From Octopus sinensis (taxonomy: Eukaryota): a DNA stretch of 64,000 nt. This document shows, in pieces, positions 40,401-55,400 of the stretch. Numbering within the stretch: the first letter of the stretch is position 1; each line of letters begins with the position of its first letter. The translations under genes were made by a program, and so were the position numbers. A model generated the notes under the pieces. The model was not told the origin of the DNA, did not search any database, and saw only the letters and a list, made by a program, of their open reading frames with translations. The DNA is taken from positions 64,170,001 to 64,234,000 of the forward strand of contig NC_043000.1 in the NCBI RefSeq assembly GCF_006345805.1, in the 5' to 3' direction.

Positions 40401-43400
40401 CCTCCCCTCTTACATACCATTTCCTTTTGCCTATCATCATTGCCAATTCTCTCAATAAAACATAGTACTAGTATAGCTGGTGTTGATAAAATCAACTAAT
40501 CAACTGGTCCTTCCACCTGACCATCCACCACCCTCTGTTTCAGCACAACTATCTAGTCATCCTAGAGATGGCTGATGATTTGCATTGTGATTTTGTTTAT
40601 AGTAAAGAATCTCTTGTCCATGACTACCTCCAATCTAATGACAAGACCAGGTCAAGATGACTACTGGATGGAGATGGATGCAGTGGATGACTAAGATGTC
40701 TTTTTTCCTCATTTTGTTCTCTGCACTCCACATAGTGTTGCTGCAGCTGTTTTCTTCCCTATTAAACCATGAAGCTTTCTTCCACGATCTGCCTGATCCA
40801 GTCTTTAGCATACACAGGTAGGCAATCCCTAACTCATCATGAGTTACATAACCATTGGCTACTCTTACTGATTTAGCCAACCAGTTGAAGCAGTTTTTAC
40901 TTTTTTAAGGTTGTGGCTGCTGTTGCATGCAAACAACTCCTTGGTGCCACAAGTAAGAGTCAGCTGCTAGGTGGAGTCCAAAGTGGATGAACTATTCAAG
41001 TGCAAGTTGTCCCTTGTCAAAAGTGCTATGCCCCCCCCCTCAACACGCCATACCCAAATTCCTTACATTCATAGATATAGAGCAGATTGTAAAAATGGTA
41101 AAGTGCTGAACAAAATATCTTTCAACATATAATTAGTTATTTACATTGTTGGTTCAAACTGTTGGTTCAAACTTGGTTCAAAATTCAAAATTGAATTTAC
41201 TTTCATTCTTCAAATATCAATAAATTAATCACAAGTACTGGAGTTGATTACAATGTGGAGCCCTTTCCTCTACTGTAACAAATAAGTATTTATAATTGAC
41301 CATATAATAATGGTTTCAAATTTTTGTACAAGGCTAGCTTTTTCAGGGAACGGTGCTCTACTGGTACTTATTTTATTGATCCCGAAAGGATGAAAGGCAA
41401 AGTTGACCCTAGCGGAATTTGAACTCGGAGCATAAAGATGGATGAAATGCCAATAAGCATTTCACTCGGTGTGCTAATGATTCTGCCAGTTCACCACTTT
41501 GATTATCCATGTGATAATGATTTCAAATTTTGGCACAAGGCCAGCAATTTTGGGAGAGGCGTAAGTTGATTACATCAACCCCAGTACTAAACTGGAAGTT
41601 ATTTCATCAAACCCAAAAGGCAAAAATCAACCTCAGTGGAATTTAAACTCAGAATGTAAAGCATTTTGCCTGGTGTGCTGACAATTCTGTCAGCTCACTG
41701 CCTTGATTGACCATATGATAATGATGATGATTATAATAATAATAATAATAATTTCATATATTTTGATTTTCAGTTAATGGATAATGTTGGTCATTGTGAA
41801 CCTCTCTATCGGTCAGTTTTTGATATCTCTGACACAGTGTGTATTACATTCTTGAACCCATTAGTAAGTTGATCTTTTATATTTTCTTTTATATTTTACT
41901 CGTTTTAGTCATTAGACTGTGGCCATGCTGGGGCACCGTCTTGAAGAATATTAGTTGAATGAATCGACCCAGTACCCCAGTACTAATTTTTTTTCTTTTT
42001 AATCCTGGTACTTACTCTATTTGTCTCTTTTGCTGAACTGTAAAGTTACAGGAATGTAAACACACCAACAGCAGTTGTCAAATGGTGGTGGAGACAAATA
42101 TAGACACAAAGGCACACACATACACAATGGGTTTTTTTCAGTTTCTATCTACCAAATCCACTCACAAGGATTTGGTTGGCCTAAGGCTATAGTAGAAGAC
42201 ACTTGCCCAAGGTGTCATGCAGTGGGACTGAACACACACACACAAACAAACAAAACAAATAAGAGGTAGTGGTAGAAGCATGTGGATGGGCAACAAGCTT
42301 CTTACCACACAAAAATTCTAATATATAAAAATTTAGGTGCAGGTATAACCAACTGGTTAATAATTTCATTTCATTCAATCATACTGTGTGGGGACTTGGA
42401 CAAGTTTCTTCAACTGTTGCTTTGAGGTGGCTAATACCCTATGGATGGAATTGCATATACTGTCCTGATGTCTTATGGGCCACATATCTTTTGCATTTTT
42501 TCGGAGAGGCCTTTCATATAGGGTAGACAGACTGTGGACAGTTTATTGGTTTCATCCCCTCTTTTCTTCATAATTGGAGTGAATAGTATGTTTTTGGGGT
42601 AGTTGATGCTTAATAGATTGTTATTGAGCTTGATCATTTCTCGTGGTGTGCATATTTGATAATCTAAATGTTAAAGGGTTATATTGTAGTTTTACCTCTT
42701 TTTTTTTATATAACAATTGAGCCTCTGTGTGTGTGTACAACTGTGTATTGAGTTGCATAGTTTTTTGTCAAAAGGTAACTTAACATTTTCATAAAAATAT
42801 TTTGATACAAGACGTACTCTTGTTAATATGATTAACAAAAAATTTTTGATGGTTGGTGCATGGTCACAGCAAATAAGTTTATGACAACTTTTTATATCTT
42901 TACCTTATTCTTAAAACTATTAGACAGGAACATCAAAGAATATTTTGTTTTGAATTTCAACATAGTTGTATGCACAGTTGTGTGGTTAAGAAGTTGCTTC
43001 ACAACCACAGTTTTGCTCCACATTTGTTTGTGTAAATGCATTATTGTAGTTAAGTCTGAGAAGGACGAAACTTTGTAAATGGATGCAACTCTGGTGAACT
43101 TAACAGTGCAATAATCAATCATCATCTTCATTTAATGTCTATTTTCTATGCTGGCATAGGTTGGATGGTTTGACTGAAAATTGGGGAGCTGTACCAGGTC
43201 CCAATCTGATTTGGCATGATTTCTACAGCTGGATGCCCTTCCTAATGCTAACCACTCCAAGAATGTAGTGGGTGCATTTTACATACTACCAGTACTGGTG
43301 CCAGTTACACTGCACCAGCATTGGCCATGACTACAATCTTACTCAGCTTAACAAGTTTTCTCAAGCACAGTATATTGCCAGAGGTCTCAATCACTTGATA

Positions 43401-46400
43401 AAATGAGTACTGAATTAAGCCATGGGGTTCATGTAATTAATTAAAACCTTGAAGGCAATGCCTCAATATTGTTGCAGTCAAACAACTAAAATGAGTAAAA
43501 GCTCATGTATATTTCCGTATCTAAAACCTAACTTATGGATTATTATTATTCACATATGTTTAATTTTGTTTTCTAGAATGGTTTTTGGTTCAGTTTAGGC
43601 TGGGCAGTGATTTTCTTTTTGCCAACTATAATTTTTGCAACAAAACTTGCTTCCCTTTATCGATGTCAGTATAAACGAGATCCGGCCCATGAGTAAGTAC
43701 TGTCATATCATTTTTATTTATGTTTCATAATATATGTATAATGAACTTACTGTATAGTGCTCAGGTGCACTACAACCCATCAGAAAATGTTTCCAAAACC
43801 GCATGTACAATCTTTTGAACTTGTTTCAACCATGTTCTCAGAAAGAAAGATATGGGTTGCATATTTGATAATTTTACATAAAATGTTTCTAATCATGTTA
43901 TGCATAGGCAAGAGACTTGTTCTCTAATGTCATAGTTTAGTTTTGATATTTAAGAATATTGGGTTTATCATCCATGGCTTAAAGGTCCTTTATTTTATAC
44001 CTGATGGAGAAAACTATGTTTTATCTCATACAATGTGTTATAACTGTTTGAGGATTCTGAAATGTCCCTATTAGATATCAAATCTACTATTTTTCAAAGA
44101 CAAATATTTGTTGAACAATTTATCTTTATATATAAAGCACATACACAATTATTTGATTGATTTGCAGAGCTGTAACTGTTCAGATAATTTATAGAACCCA
44201 AAGCAATGGTCAAATTATGCTTTTTAATTCTTTCCCTATCTATCCATCTGGGTCAGGTAACTTCCCCTGTCCATTGTAACCCTTCCATGACAGATACCCC
44301 AATCAAGTGATGAGGCCTGGGTTTTAGTCATATTGGTATTTTGCTAACTGAAATATCTATCTGCACACACTATGACTGCAGATGGTAGTGGTAGTTTGCT
44401 AACTGAACTAGTTGATTGTGGCCATTGACAGTTTGTTATCTGTTCATCTGCTCAGCATTTAGTGATACTCTCCATTGATTCAATAAGATTCATTTGCTGA
44501 AATAGTTCACATTCACCAAGCTGCATCTCCTGATTTCAGTGAACACTGTCTTGGGTAGTATAACGCTATTTAATCCATAGCTGGGACCCTGACAGGTGCT
44601 ACTTTTCTGGGTCAACATGAATTTGGGAATGATAGTAGCAAAGAGGAACTCCTCAACCAGGGTCCTGCTAGTTGATGCAGTTTAAAGTTATGCTCAGGAT
44701 TATTAAAACTTGCCTCATACTGAATTTTGTTTGTCTCTAAATATAATACACTATTAGAAGTTTGTCAACATTAGTGGAGGTTATATTAATGACCATTGCT
44801 GATATTAAATATGTGAAAGTAAAAATCAGTCAGAGAAATCAATAAATTTGTTATTTTGATAATGTAACTAAAAATTATTATTTAGAATATTATTTATTCA
44901 AGAATCTGTTGTACTTCTTTATAGGCTTCATCGTGGTGTTACTTCTGATAAGTCTCATCGTGATGTTACTTCTGATAAGTCTCATCATGTTGTTACTTCA
45001 GATAAGTCTCAGCAACATAGTGTTGTTACTTCAGATAAGTCTCAGCAACATCGTGTTGCTACTTCAGATAAGTCTCAGCAACAGCGTGTTGCTACTTCAG
45101 ATAAGTCTCAGCAAACCGATATCCCTGATAGGTTTGTTTTCCATTATGGAGTAATGTATTCCATAAATGTTAATGTCTTTTTAAATCTCACAATGTTGTA
45201 TTACAGAGTTCTGTTCAAATTTCAGTTGATGTTTTGTTTATTGTTTACTTATTCCCAGTATCATTAATTATATTCTAAATCAACTTATTGTGACAACTAT
45301 ATTTAAGGCAAGAGAAGTTTTCTTTGACATTTGGTTTGTCTGCATAACCTTGAACATTTAAAATAATAAAACTGTTTTCCATTACAGTTTCCTTGTGGTT
45401 GTCACCATAATTAATTTGGAACATAATTCAAGCTATATAGAATATTAAAATAAAAGTTCTTTTCTATGGAAATAAAGACTAACCTAAACTGTTTTAAGTT
45501 TTTTTTTTTTTTTATTATATTGCACTTGAGTTCAGTTCCCCAATTAACCCTTCTTTTTCAATTTTTTTTATTATCCCTAAACCCTTTTTCTCATTTGAAC
45601 CTAATTCTGGTTTCTTTTCTAACCAACAGCCCATGTTCCCCACTCTTTGCTCATCTGTTTTGTTTTCTAATTCTGTTTTCCAACTAACTTCTAAGCTAAA
45701 GGAAAAATGTCTTAGTACCAATTTACCAACCTATGCAAGATAATGCTGAATTCATCTATTTCGAAATATTTACTAAAATGAATGTAGCTAATAAAATTTG
45801 TTCCCATTTCACTTCTAAATATTTTATATCATGCTGCTCTGCTCTTAAAAAGTATAGATATTATACAAATTTGTCATAGTTTAGATGAGTAGTTATTCAT
45901 ATCTCTGCAGTGATGAAAGTTATTCTGATGGGGAAAATTATAATCATATACCTCTGTCTAGGTAAGTACCTGTCTTCTGAGATCCTCAATCACATTGCTT
46001 ACAAACCAGAAATCTCCTCCCAATTTTTGCTGGCATTACAATGGATTATAAAATCTGTTGTAGTATTTTACTTGACTGTCAAAAAAAAAGTATTGTCATA
46101 TGTTCCATTTGATAAGCAATTACAAATGTAAGTTTTAAATTGAAACCAATGCCAGTAAGTATCATTATTGTAATGATCTCCTGCTCCTTGATTTTCTATT
46201 GTATTGCCTGTCAATACAGTTGAGTTTTACTACTAATATAAGAATGTACTTACTTGTAATTTTACATGAGCTTATTTGATGTGATTACATTGATTTAAGG
46301 TTTGATTGTAGATAAGATTTAAATTATATTTTGTTACTATTTGAAAATGACAATGAAAATTGACATAATAATGAATTTGCTATAACTAATTTGAAGAAAA

Positions 46401-49400
46401 TGTGTACTTATTGCTCAGAAATTTACAACTTTCATCTGCTTCACAAAATACTACTTGCATAACTTATGTAATCAATAATTTGTAATATGAAGAGTGTCAG
46501 TTACTTATTCTCATGAAATTAACTTCTGGAGTAAGATTTTGGTACTTAAAATAGTTTTTGTTTTCTTCCTCCCAAACTGGATCCTTCTGTACTTAAAACT
46601 AAATTGTTGCTCTATTAAGTTTGCCTAAATATTAGTTAACTCTGATTGCACATTTTCAACTAATTTTTCTGTTCAAAGTTTGTTTTCTCTTTTCTATCAA
46701 AATTTCTGCAGAATTTTCAGTTCTGTTCAAAACACAATACTTCTGTGTAGATGTTATGTAGTTAATATCCTATTTTATAACAAATCTTCAAGATTAAAAC
46801 CATTTTTTTTTTTTTGCCAAGGGGATTAACTTTAGATCAGCCTTGATTGAGCAGATCAATAACCAAAACCATTCCAATCTATGACTATTCTGTCTTTTTA
46901 TGTACATTTATTTATTTTTTTAATGGTATGATTTGATTTGAGAGACTTTTAACTTCAATAGTATTTCTAGCAGACTGACCTCGTACAGATTTCTTCTTTG
47001 GTTCATTTAGTAAATGTTGTTGTTGCTTATTCCAGATCATTTCTGATTGCATTGGCTTATGATCAAAAACATTCCAACCACAACATACTATCTTTTGTTT
47101 TTAGACATGCATCTAAATTCAATGTGTTCTTTATTTTTAAGATGGTGATACATTTGTTTTTAATGACCATCTAGAAAACAATGGTTCTTAACTGGGGTCC
47201 ATATGACCCTTAGGGGTCCATTTAAGATTTTATAGCTAAAATTTATATGCAGTAAATTGGTTATACTTCTATAATACACAAAATATTTTACCAATTTTTT
47301 TAATGCAATTCCTAATAATATTTAATTAAAAAAATATAAAAGTATTTTTAAAGCATTGAATGGCTAGGAATCAAAGGAGTCCGCAGGTAAAAAATGGTTG
47401 AGAACCACCGATCTAGAGTCCTGCTAGATAAGACAGTATTGATTAGATCAGAACTAATTGCTTCAAAGAAAATATTCAACTGGAAAAGATTTTACTACTT
47501 AAATAATTCCTGTTGTTTTCTTTCTTTCTAACTAAAACCTTTATATCTGACCATATATGAGAATGCACTTTTCTTGGTTGGTCTACATTTATCTGCTGTG
47601 CATGATTTGCACCTCTGCATGCCCACTAGTCAAAGCATTGTTCAATTAAACTTTTCAGACTCATTCGTTTTCTCATTTCTAATCTTTGTATATGCTTCTA
47701 CAAAATCCTACTCATTTCTATTACTGATCTTACTAGAACGTTTCTCTCTTATAATCACCAGTCATTCAGAAATAACTGTATTAATAGTCTTGCTTACTCT
47801 CTCTCTCTCTCTCTCATTTCTTTGTTTTGTTTTGTTTTCTTTACAGTTTTTCTACCTCTTCTTTCTGTGCCCAATATGTCCTCCCACCCCCTTCAATACA
47901 AATATTCTTTTATATTATACTCAACTCAGTGTAATGTTGCATTTAGAAGTTTTTTTCTAATTTTTCACTTTATTGTTGAAATGTTTTTTCTCCCTTTCCA
48001 GAATTTTCTTAAATTGGTTGATATCATATTTAATATTTTATAAAAGAAAAGAAAAAAGAAAAATCTATCTCACTGTCATGTTTAAATGTACAATTGATAT
48101 GTATACATAAATGTTTTTCTTCTGCAGAATTCAGACCAATTACTAACAAAGTGACAAATTATTTTTATTATTTTTAAAGCTAAGGTGGCAAGCTGGCAGA
48201 ATTGTTAGCACGCTGGGCAAAATGCTTAGCAGCATTTCGTCCGTCTTTACATTCTGAGTTCAAATGCTACCGAGGTCAACCTTGCCTTTCAGGGTCGATA
48301 AAATGAGTACCAGTCGAGTACTGGGGTCGATGTAATTGACTATTGCCCTCCCCCAAATTTCAGGCTTTATGCCTATAGTAGAAAGGATTGGTTTTTTTTT
48401 AAATCCCTTTTCAATTATGCGAATATGTCAGTGGGGTAACTATATATATATAGGTATGTGTGTATTTGATTACTTTTCATGTGTATGATATTTATAGTGT
48501 TTGTTTGTAGGCTTGTAATTATTAAGGGCTTAATTAGGAAGGTGGAGAGCAGCACTTACTACCCTTTTTAGGGTTTCCAAGATTGGTAGGAGAATGGAGG
48601 AATCATCCCTACATTGAATACCTATCTTGAAGGCTTGCAGCAGAGTTGACTCTGCTGAAAGTATGCAAGGGCCAGGTGGTAGTGTTAAACTAGGCCACAG
48701 ATTGGTTCTAATATCTAAGGTTTGTTATTATGGTTTTTATACACTTAATGTATGTGTGTATATTTGGCCCCTTAAATCATTTCTGATTAAGCAAACTTAT
48801 GATCAAAGGTATTCAAACCATAGCCATTTCATCTTATTTTCAGTACATTGCCCAATGCACTCTGACTTTTTTCTTTTTCTTTATAAGATGGCAATGTATA
48901 GGCGTCAGGGAAATTTGGCTACTTTTTCTAGTGGGTTGGGTAACTTTATGTAGGCCTTGTATTAGCTTGAATGCTTGTGAGCTTGTTGTGATAGTTATGT
49001 TATCCCAACATATTTACATGTGTGTGTGAATGAATTTAGAAAATAATTTTGTCATTATTGAGCTGATATTTGGAACATAAATTAAAATGAAATTTTGATG
49101 AACAGTTTTAATTTAGATCACTTTAAACAGGAAGTTTGTATCATAAAACCAGGGCCAGTCTTAGATCCATATCGAAAGGGTTAAAGCAATGTCGTAACAC
49201 TAAACTGACTTCAATAAGCCCCCTCTAATTCTTTAACTCTTTAGATATCAACCTGAGACTACTCTCAGGTTCTAAGATAGAAATTCCCTGTTTTAAAGTG
49301 ATCTAAATTAAATGTTAATTTGTTCCAAATATCAGTTTAATAATTAAGTTATTTTTATGAATTTTCAAACTTAATTGAAAAAAAGGTATTAACAGGAAAT

Positions 49401-52400
49401 ATTGTGATAGTTGATATACTTTTAGTGAGTGTGTGAATGCTGTAATAGTTATCATGCTCTTAATGTATGCACTTGTATTTTGACAGTTGTATGTATGTGT
49501 GTGTGTGCATGCACATGTGTGTGTTATGATAGTTGGTGTATACTTAATGAGTTATGTATGTTTGTGTGTGTGTGAACATTTGCTGTAATGATGGTTTATG
49601 TATTGTGTGTGTATGTGTGTGTTGACTATCGATATAATCTTGGTAAATAAATGTTGTGCTCTGATAATTATTGTACTCTTGATGAACGAATGAATGAATG
49701 AATGCATTCATGTATTACGATAGAAGAGTATAGTTTGTTTGAAGCATTGTGATACAGAGGTAAAATAATAAATAACGAGGGAGGGCTTCAAACAATGCAA
49801 AAAGGGGAACTCACATTTCTAAATCATTCCGTTCTGATGCCTTTATGCCTGAAATATATAAAGGTTACTCACCTTTCCCTCTCTGCATTGTTAGAAGTTC
49901 TCCTTCTTCATTATTTGTTATTAACATGGGTGCTACCATGAATATTAATATTCATTAATTAATAAATATTAATATGGTGCTGCTGTAATATGAATTTTTG
50001 GCTTGGGCACATACCAAAAATGTGTCAGTTTCATTTTACACCAACATTTCTACTGCAGCATAAAATTATATTCATTTTTTTCTCTCAATCACTTAATGTC
50101 ATTGCTAATCAATGTGATCTTTGCATGTTTAATGTAAAATTTCATTTCAGCCTGTATTCTCATTATTCACTTGTATTTCAAATTATTATTAGCAATGTCA
50201 TTAATGACAATTGCCAGCAAAATTTCATTATGTGCTTGTTGTTGTGTTTATTTTCTTTAGCTCTGGATTATCCCTGGTTGAGCAGACCAATGATTGGACA
50301 TTTTAGCTTTGAGCATTCCATTTTTGTGACCAGGACTGTTTAATGCATTGTTTTTCATGATAGTATAATCTGAGGAAAATTTGACTGCTGTTTCTAGCAG
50401 GTCAAGCAGTGATATAGGACCTACCCACATTGGCTTGTTCATTCAATTTGGTATGGAATAATCTAGAAGTTGCACTAATTCACAACCTACTCTTAAGTAG
50501 ACTATCACATGCAACCTGATATGCATTAATCTCTATGGACACTCATATGTTTCCACAATCCAAGTCATATCTATAAAGGCATCTGAAAGACAGTAGTTGT
50601 TTTGTATGTGTGTGAAACTTGTGGATTATTAGTAGTTGATATATATATATAATGACAAAGGTAGCACAGAAGTACAGCAAAACAGTTTATGGTAAAAAAT
50701 GGTAGTACAGCCTAAATATGCTCAACCTTTCCTCATTTGTCAGCCAAATAAATAGCATTACAATTTCAACACCTTCTCACAATATTATTTGGTCTGGTGG
50801 TGTTGGTAATATGGAAGTTGCCAGAGTGTAGATGAATTGACTAAAAAAGTGAATGGAAATGTTTATACAAGGATGGTAGCTGAAAAAAAACCAAGTAGTC
50901 TTTCAAGTAAATAAGTTAAGACAAGCAAAGAATGAGAAAAATACAAAATGAAACACACATGTATGTATAAGATCTTCAGATGTAAATGACAAAATTAAGA
51001 CAAGCTGTGTGAAGTAACACTTAAAGGAAATTAACTGGGTATACTTGTACACACTTTATGGTCTCCGTAATGTATATCTGCATGTACTTTTCCATTATGT
51101 GGATTTTTGATTGGATTCATAGTCTATACTGATTGTAAGATTGCAATAAAATCATCCAAGGAACCAAGGAAAGTAATTATTGAGAGAGGGTGAAGTATGA
51201 TGAGCGCCAGAAGATTATTAAAATAATGTCATTCTAGAATATTCTGAATAAGAAGCAACTTAAAATTGTTCAGTGTTCCCTCTAAATTTTAATAGTTTTT
51301 GTCCAACAGAAACTTAAATTGTGCAAATTTTCTTCCATTAGCAAAAGTACAATCACAAACATAAGCAGCTGAAATGGGGTTCTTCTGAGGAATCTGTAGA
51401 GAGGGGTTACTCAACAGGGTGCATAGCTCAAAGATCTAGGAGTCGCAGCTTTGGTACTGCGGACATGTGATTAGAATATTACAGGAAAGAATTGTAAGAA
51501 AGCTTCTTCAAGCTAAGCCACTTGGCAAGAGACTGTGTGTATTCATATATGTGTGTGTGTATGAGGAATCCAATGTAGTTTGCAAAAAAGGGAACTGTCC
51601 TGATATAGACATTATAGATATGTGATGCCTATGAAGGGTTAACATGTTAGTGAATAACTTGCAAGCAATCAAAGTGGAAGGAACCTGCAGGAAACGAAGA
51701 CATGGGGAGAAATGGTAGAAGCTGATCTCAGACTGCTAAACCTCACAAAAGAGATAAATGACTGCATGAGAAGTGTTAAGATGCTGTGCTGGAGAAGTTC
51801 CATTGAACCCATGCTAGCACAAAGAAGCAGATTTAAAATTTACATTTATTTTTTAAAATATCTTTGTTATTAACTATATATCGATGTCATAAATACAACA
51901 ATCAGGTGATGTACCAATTTTGAAAGATATGAATTGCAATTAGCAATGCTAATTGGATATACAGGAAATAGAAATGTCTTGAAATGACGTATGGAAACTT
52001 ATGCATAATATTCATAGTTTTCTTGTTTCTAACTATCCTCTGTTAACTGCCCCACCTTTGTGTTTTTGCTTCTTAAACTTCATTGCTACCCATGTTAACC
52101 ACCCAACTTCATCTCTGTTTATGTTGACCACTCCTAATTCATCTCTACCTGTGTTAACCATCCCAAATTCATACCTACCTGTGTTAACCATACCAAAGTC
52201 ATCTCTACCCCTGTTAACCACCCCAAATTCATCTCTACCTCTGTTAACCATCCCAAATTCATCTCTACTTGTGTTAACTGCCCCAAATTCGTTTCTATCT
52301 CTTTACTCCACTTTTGTTATTACCTATGTTAACCACACCAAATTCATTTAAACCTGTGTTACTGCCCCAACGTTACATTTCTACCTATGTTAATTTTCCC

Positions 52401-55400
52401 AGTCTACAGAATTGTGAAATTATAAAACAACCCCCTTATACTTAAAGGTGAAGATCAAGTTTGCCAAACTCTCAAAGTCATCTTTGATGAGACTTGTAAA
52501 GCTTTTATCTATATCAGGCAAAACATTCAGGATAATTTTTGAATTTTAGTTATATTCACAGCTGCATGTTTTAAAACTCAGTTTTACCTTATAATCTCAT
52601 CTATTTAAGGCTCTCTTTATGTTTTATGTGTGTATCTTTTACCATCTCTTATTTGAATTTATCACTATAATTTCCTGCATGAATAGCCTTAAATCTAATT
52701 TACATTCCATTCCATCATTTTATATTGCAATTAATATAGAAAATCTCTATTCACAAATTGTGATACCCTTTTATTGTTACTATTATCATCATCAGCATTG
52801 ATGTGTACAAAAGACTAGATTCCTGGATTCTTTTGTACTACATTTCTCCGCCAATGTTTAGAAGTTCACTTTCTGTGTCTGTATTTGCAATAGCTTCAGC
52901 AAGTCACAAAATCTTTGTTGTGCTTTTAGCTCCAGATTAGTTCTGATCAAGCAGGCCTTTGATCAAATAGCAATCCAGCTATGACCACTTCCCATCTTTT
53001 AGACAGTGTATCTAACCTGTGTTATCCAATGTATCCTTCTTTGTTAAGATGTAGTTTGAGAAGAATTTAGTAGCTATATTTAATAGATAAAGCAACCATG
53101 GAGAGCACCTCTTATTGATGAAAATACCTTTGTAAAATGGTAAGGTAAAAACTTATTTGGTTTAGGTTTTGTATCAGAACTTACAGAAGACATTCTCAGT
53201 GCCTCAACCAATTTAATGACACAGATAAAGAAATAATTAAAATATCTAAATGTAATCTTGTAAGAATTGATAGAAATAAATTACTTTCATGCAGCAGGGA
53301 TGCTCTAGTAGAACTAATCAGAGCTATTCAACAACAAATATTCCTGTCATTTACTAGCTATATACAGTTTGATCTAGCATGTTACTTTTCTTCTTTCTTT
53401 TAATGTAATGTGTTAAAGCTGTCATTTGCTCTTTTATATCCTACTTGAGATAATTAGTATGTTCACCATGATTCAATTGTCAGTCACAAACTTTAAAATA
53501 CATCTGCATGATTGTGTCACGAGACTCTCAGGTAATGTCAATAAGTTTCTGAAATTACTCCTCACTTACAGGTTATCATTAAAGCCGTATAATAAGAATG
53601 GTCATTTTAATGTTGAACATGTAACCTCACAAATTGGTTTTCATTAATAATAAATGTATTTCTATTCTTTTTATGCTATGACTGGTTTAATGAAAATAAT
53701 GTAAAAATAGAACAGCTATTATCTGAAGGACAAAAGTTTCATCAAGCTGGATGGAGTACACTGCAAGCTACTGGCTGATTCAAAGGTGTGAACGGCTTGC
53801 TACAAATGGAGCTGCAGCCTCTGAAACACTGATGGTAGGACAAAAAGGCAGACAAAAAATTCAAACCTTTGCTAATTATCATGATGCGAAGATCTTTCTG
53901 TGCTAGTGTGAAAGAAGTGTACAGTCTGCAGAAAAGTGATAACACACAAGTGAGGAATAAAGATGGTTCATACATCTACACTGAGAAAAGTGACTTCATG
54001 AAATGTTGGCAGGAACATCTTAGGAGCTGTTAAATGGCCCTTAGAGTCTTAAGAAGCACTGGAATGTACCCAACAAATTTGACAAGATACCAGATTGGAT
54101 CTGTTTCTGAATATAAAGGAGATGGCAACTGCCAAAATTAGGGAAAGCTCCTAGTGTCATAAAAGTCTATAACTATGAGGAATTACACTATAGACTTTTC
54201 AAATTCTTCAGAGAATGCTGGAACTACAGTAAGCTCTCTCAACAATTCAAGATCACTTAGTCACCACATACAAGTGAAACATTTACCAGCTGGACTGGAA
54301 ACTTTTGAGGGATTTCCTTTCAATTGCAGGAAAAATTCTACAGTCAAACCAGATGAAATAACTGGAAGAAAAAAAAAACAAACAATCTTGAGCAAGATTC
54401 ACTTTGCCAGGACTACCATAGTTTTCTGTATTATCTACAGACAGAGTAGTCTCAACACCTTTGCTCTATAATCATATAAAAGAGCAAAACATCATTAAAG
54501 TTCCCTCATGAGAAAAAAATAAAAACCTCTTTTGCGTCTAAGTCATACTCAGTTAAGGGTGACAGCCAAAACGAATTCTCTCCTGTAGTAACTATATCAT
54601 TCAGTATTCTATTTCAGCATTTTGGAGTTATATTGTCTAGTTTGTTCTTCAAAATTCTGAAGATTGTTTTTTCTTTGGTGTTTTCCTTTCTTGTATTTCA
54701 AATGCAGATTCAAGCTTATATGGCAATTACATGATCTCAGTTCAGAGAAGAGATCAGTCTTATTGATCATAATTCTTCATCATTATCATTTAACTTCTGT
54801 CTTCCATGCTGGGATATGTTATCTAGTTCAACAGGATCTTGTTGAGTTGAAGAACTTTGTCATGTTTCAATGTCTGTCTTGGCTGGATGCCCTTCCTAAC
54901 ACCAACCACTTTACAGAATATACCAGAGGGAGGCTACTTTATGCTAAGTGTTGAAAGGTTAAAGTATGAAAAAGGGACTGGTTCCTTGCTGCAGTGGAAA
55001 TATATGGCAACTTTACTTCGTATGAGTGGGTAGGAATAATCACGATAAACTGTGCCCCCCAAGGTACAAGAATGTGAATGGAAGAGAAAGTAAGGACAGA
55101 AGGTTGAGAAAAGTGAGGCAGTAAATGTTGCAAGAGTGTATGGGGAGAGTGAGGGATTGTTAAAGATGGTACAAACAACTGTGTGAAATCCAAAATAACA
55201 ATGTTAATGGAAAGTACAATCTTTGATTAAATGAAATCTAATGTATTATTGTTTAATGGTTTTAGCTCTATATCTGTTTCATATAATCCACCTTCAATTA
55301 GAATACAGATACCTACAAAATGATTACATTTTTATTTCACTCATTCAAAATCATTTTTATTCTACTGGTAGCTGTAGATGAATGTGTCAATAAGGTACTG

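Noticed and set aside
44909-45154. ORF-track protein [16 protein letters not shown]... (hydrophobic repeat, looks like a membrane peptide)
   Set aside because: It is the +1 frame of the exon 20 repeat. Units that are multiples of three keep several frames open, and the splice phase selects the VTSDKS frame.
48128-48146. Possible alternative terminal exon (RIQTNY*) after ttttcttctgcag
   Set aside because: Only an acceptor-like site supports it, and such sites are frequent in an 11-kb AT-rich intron.
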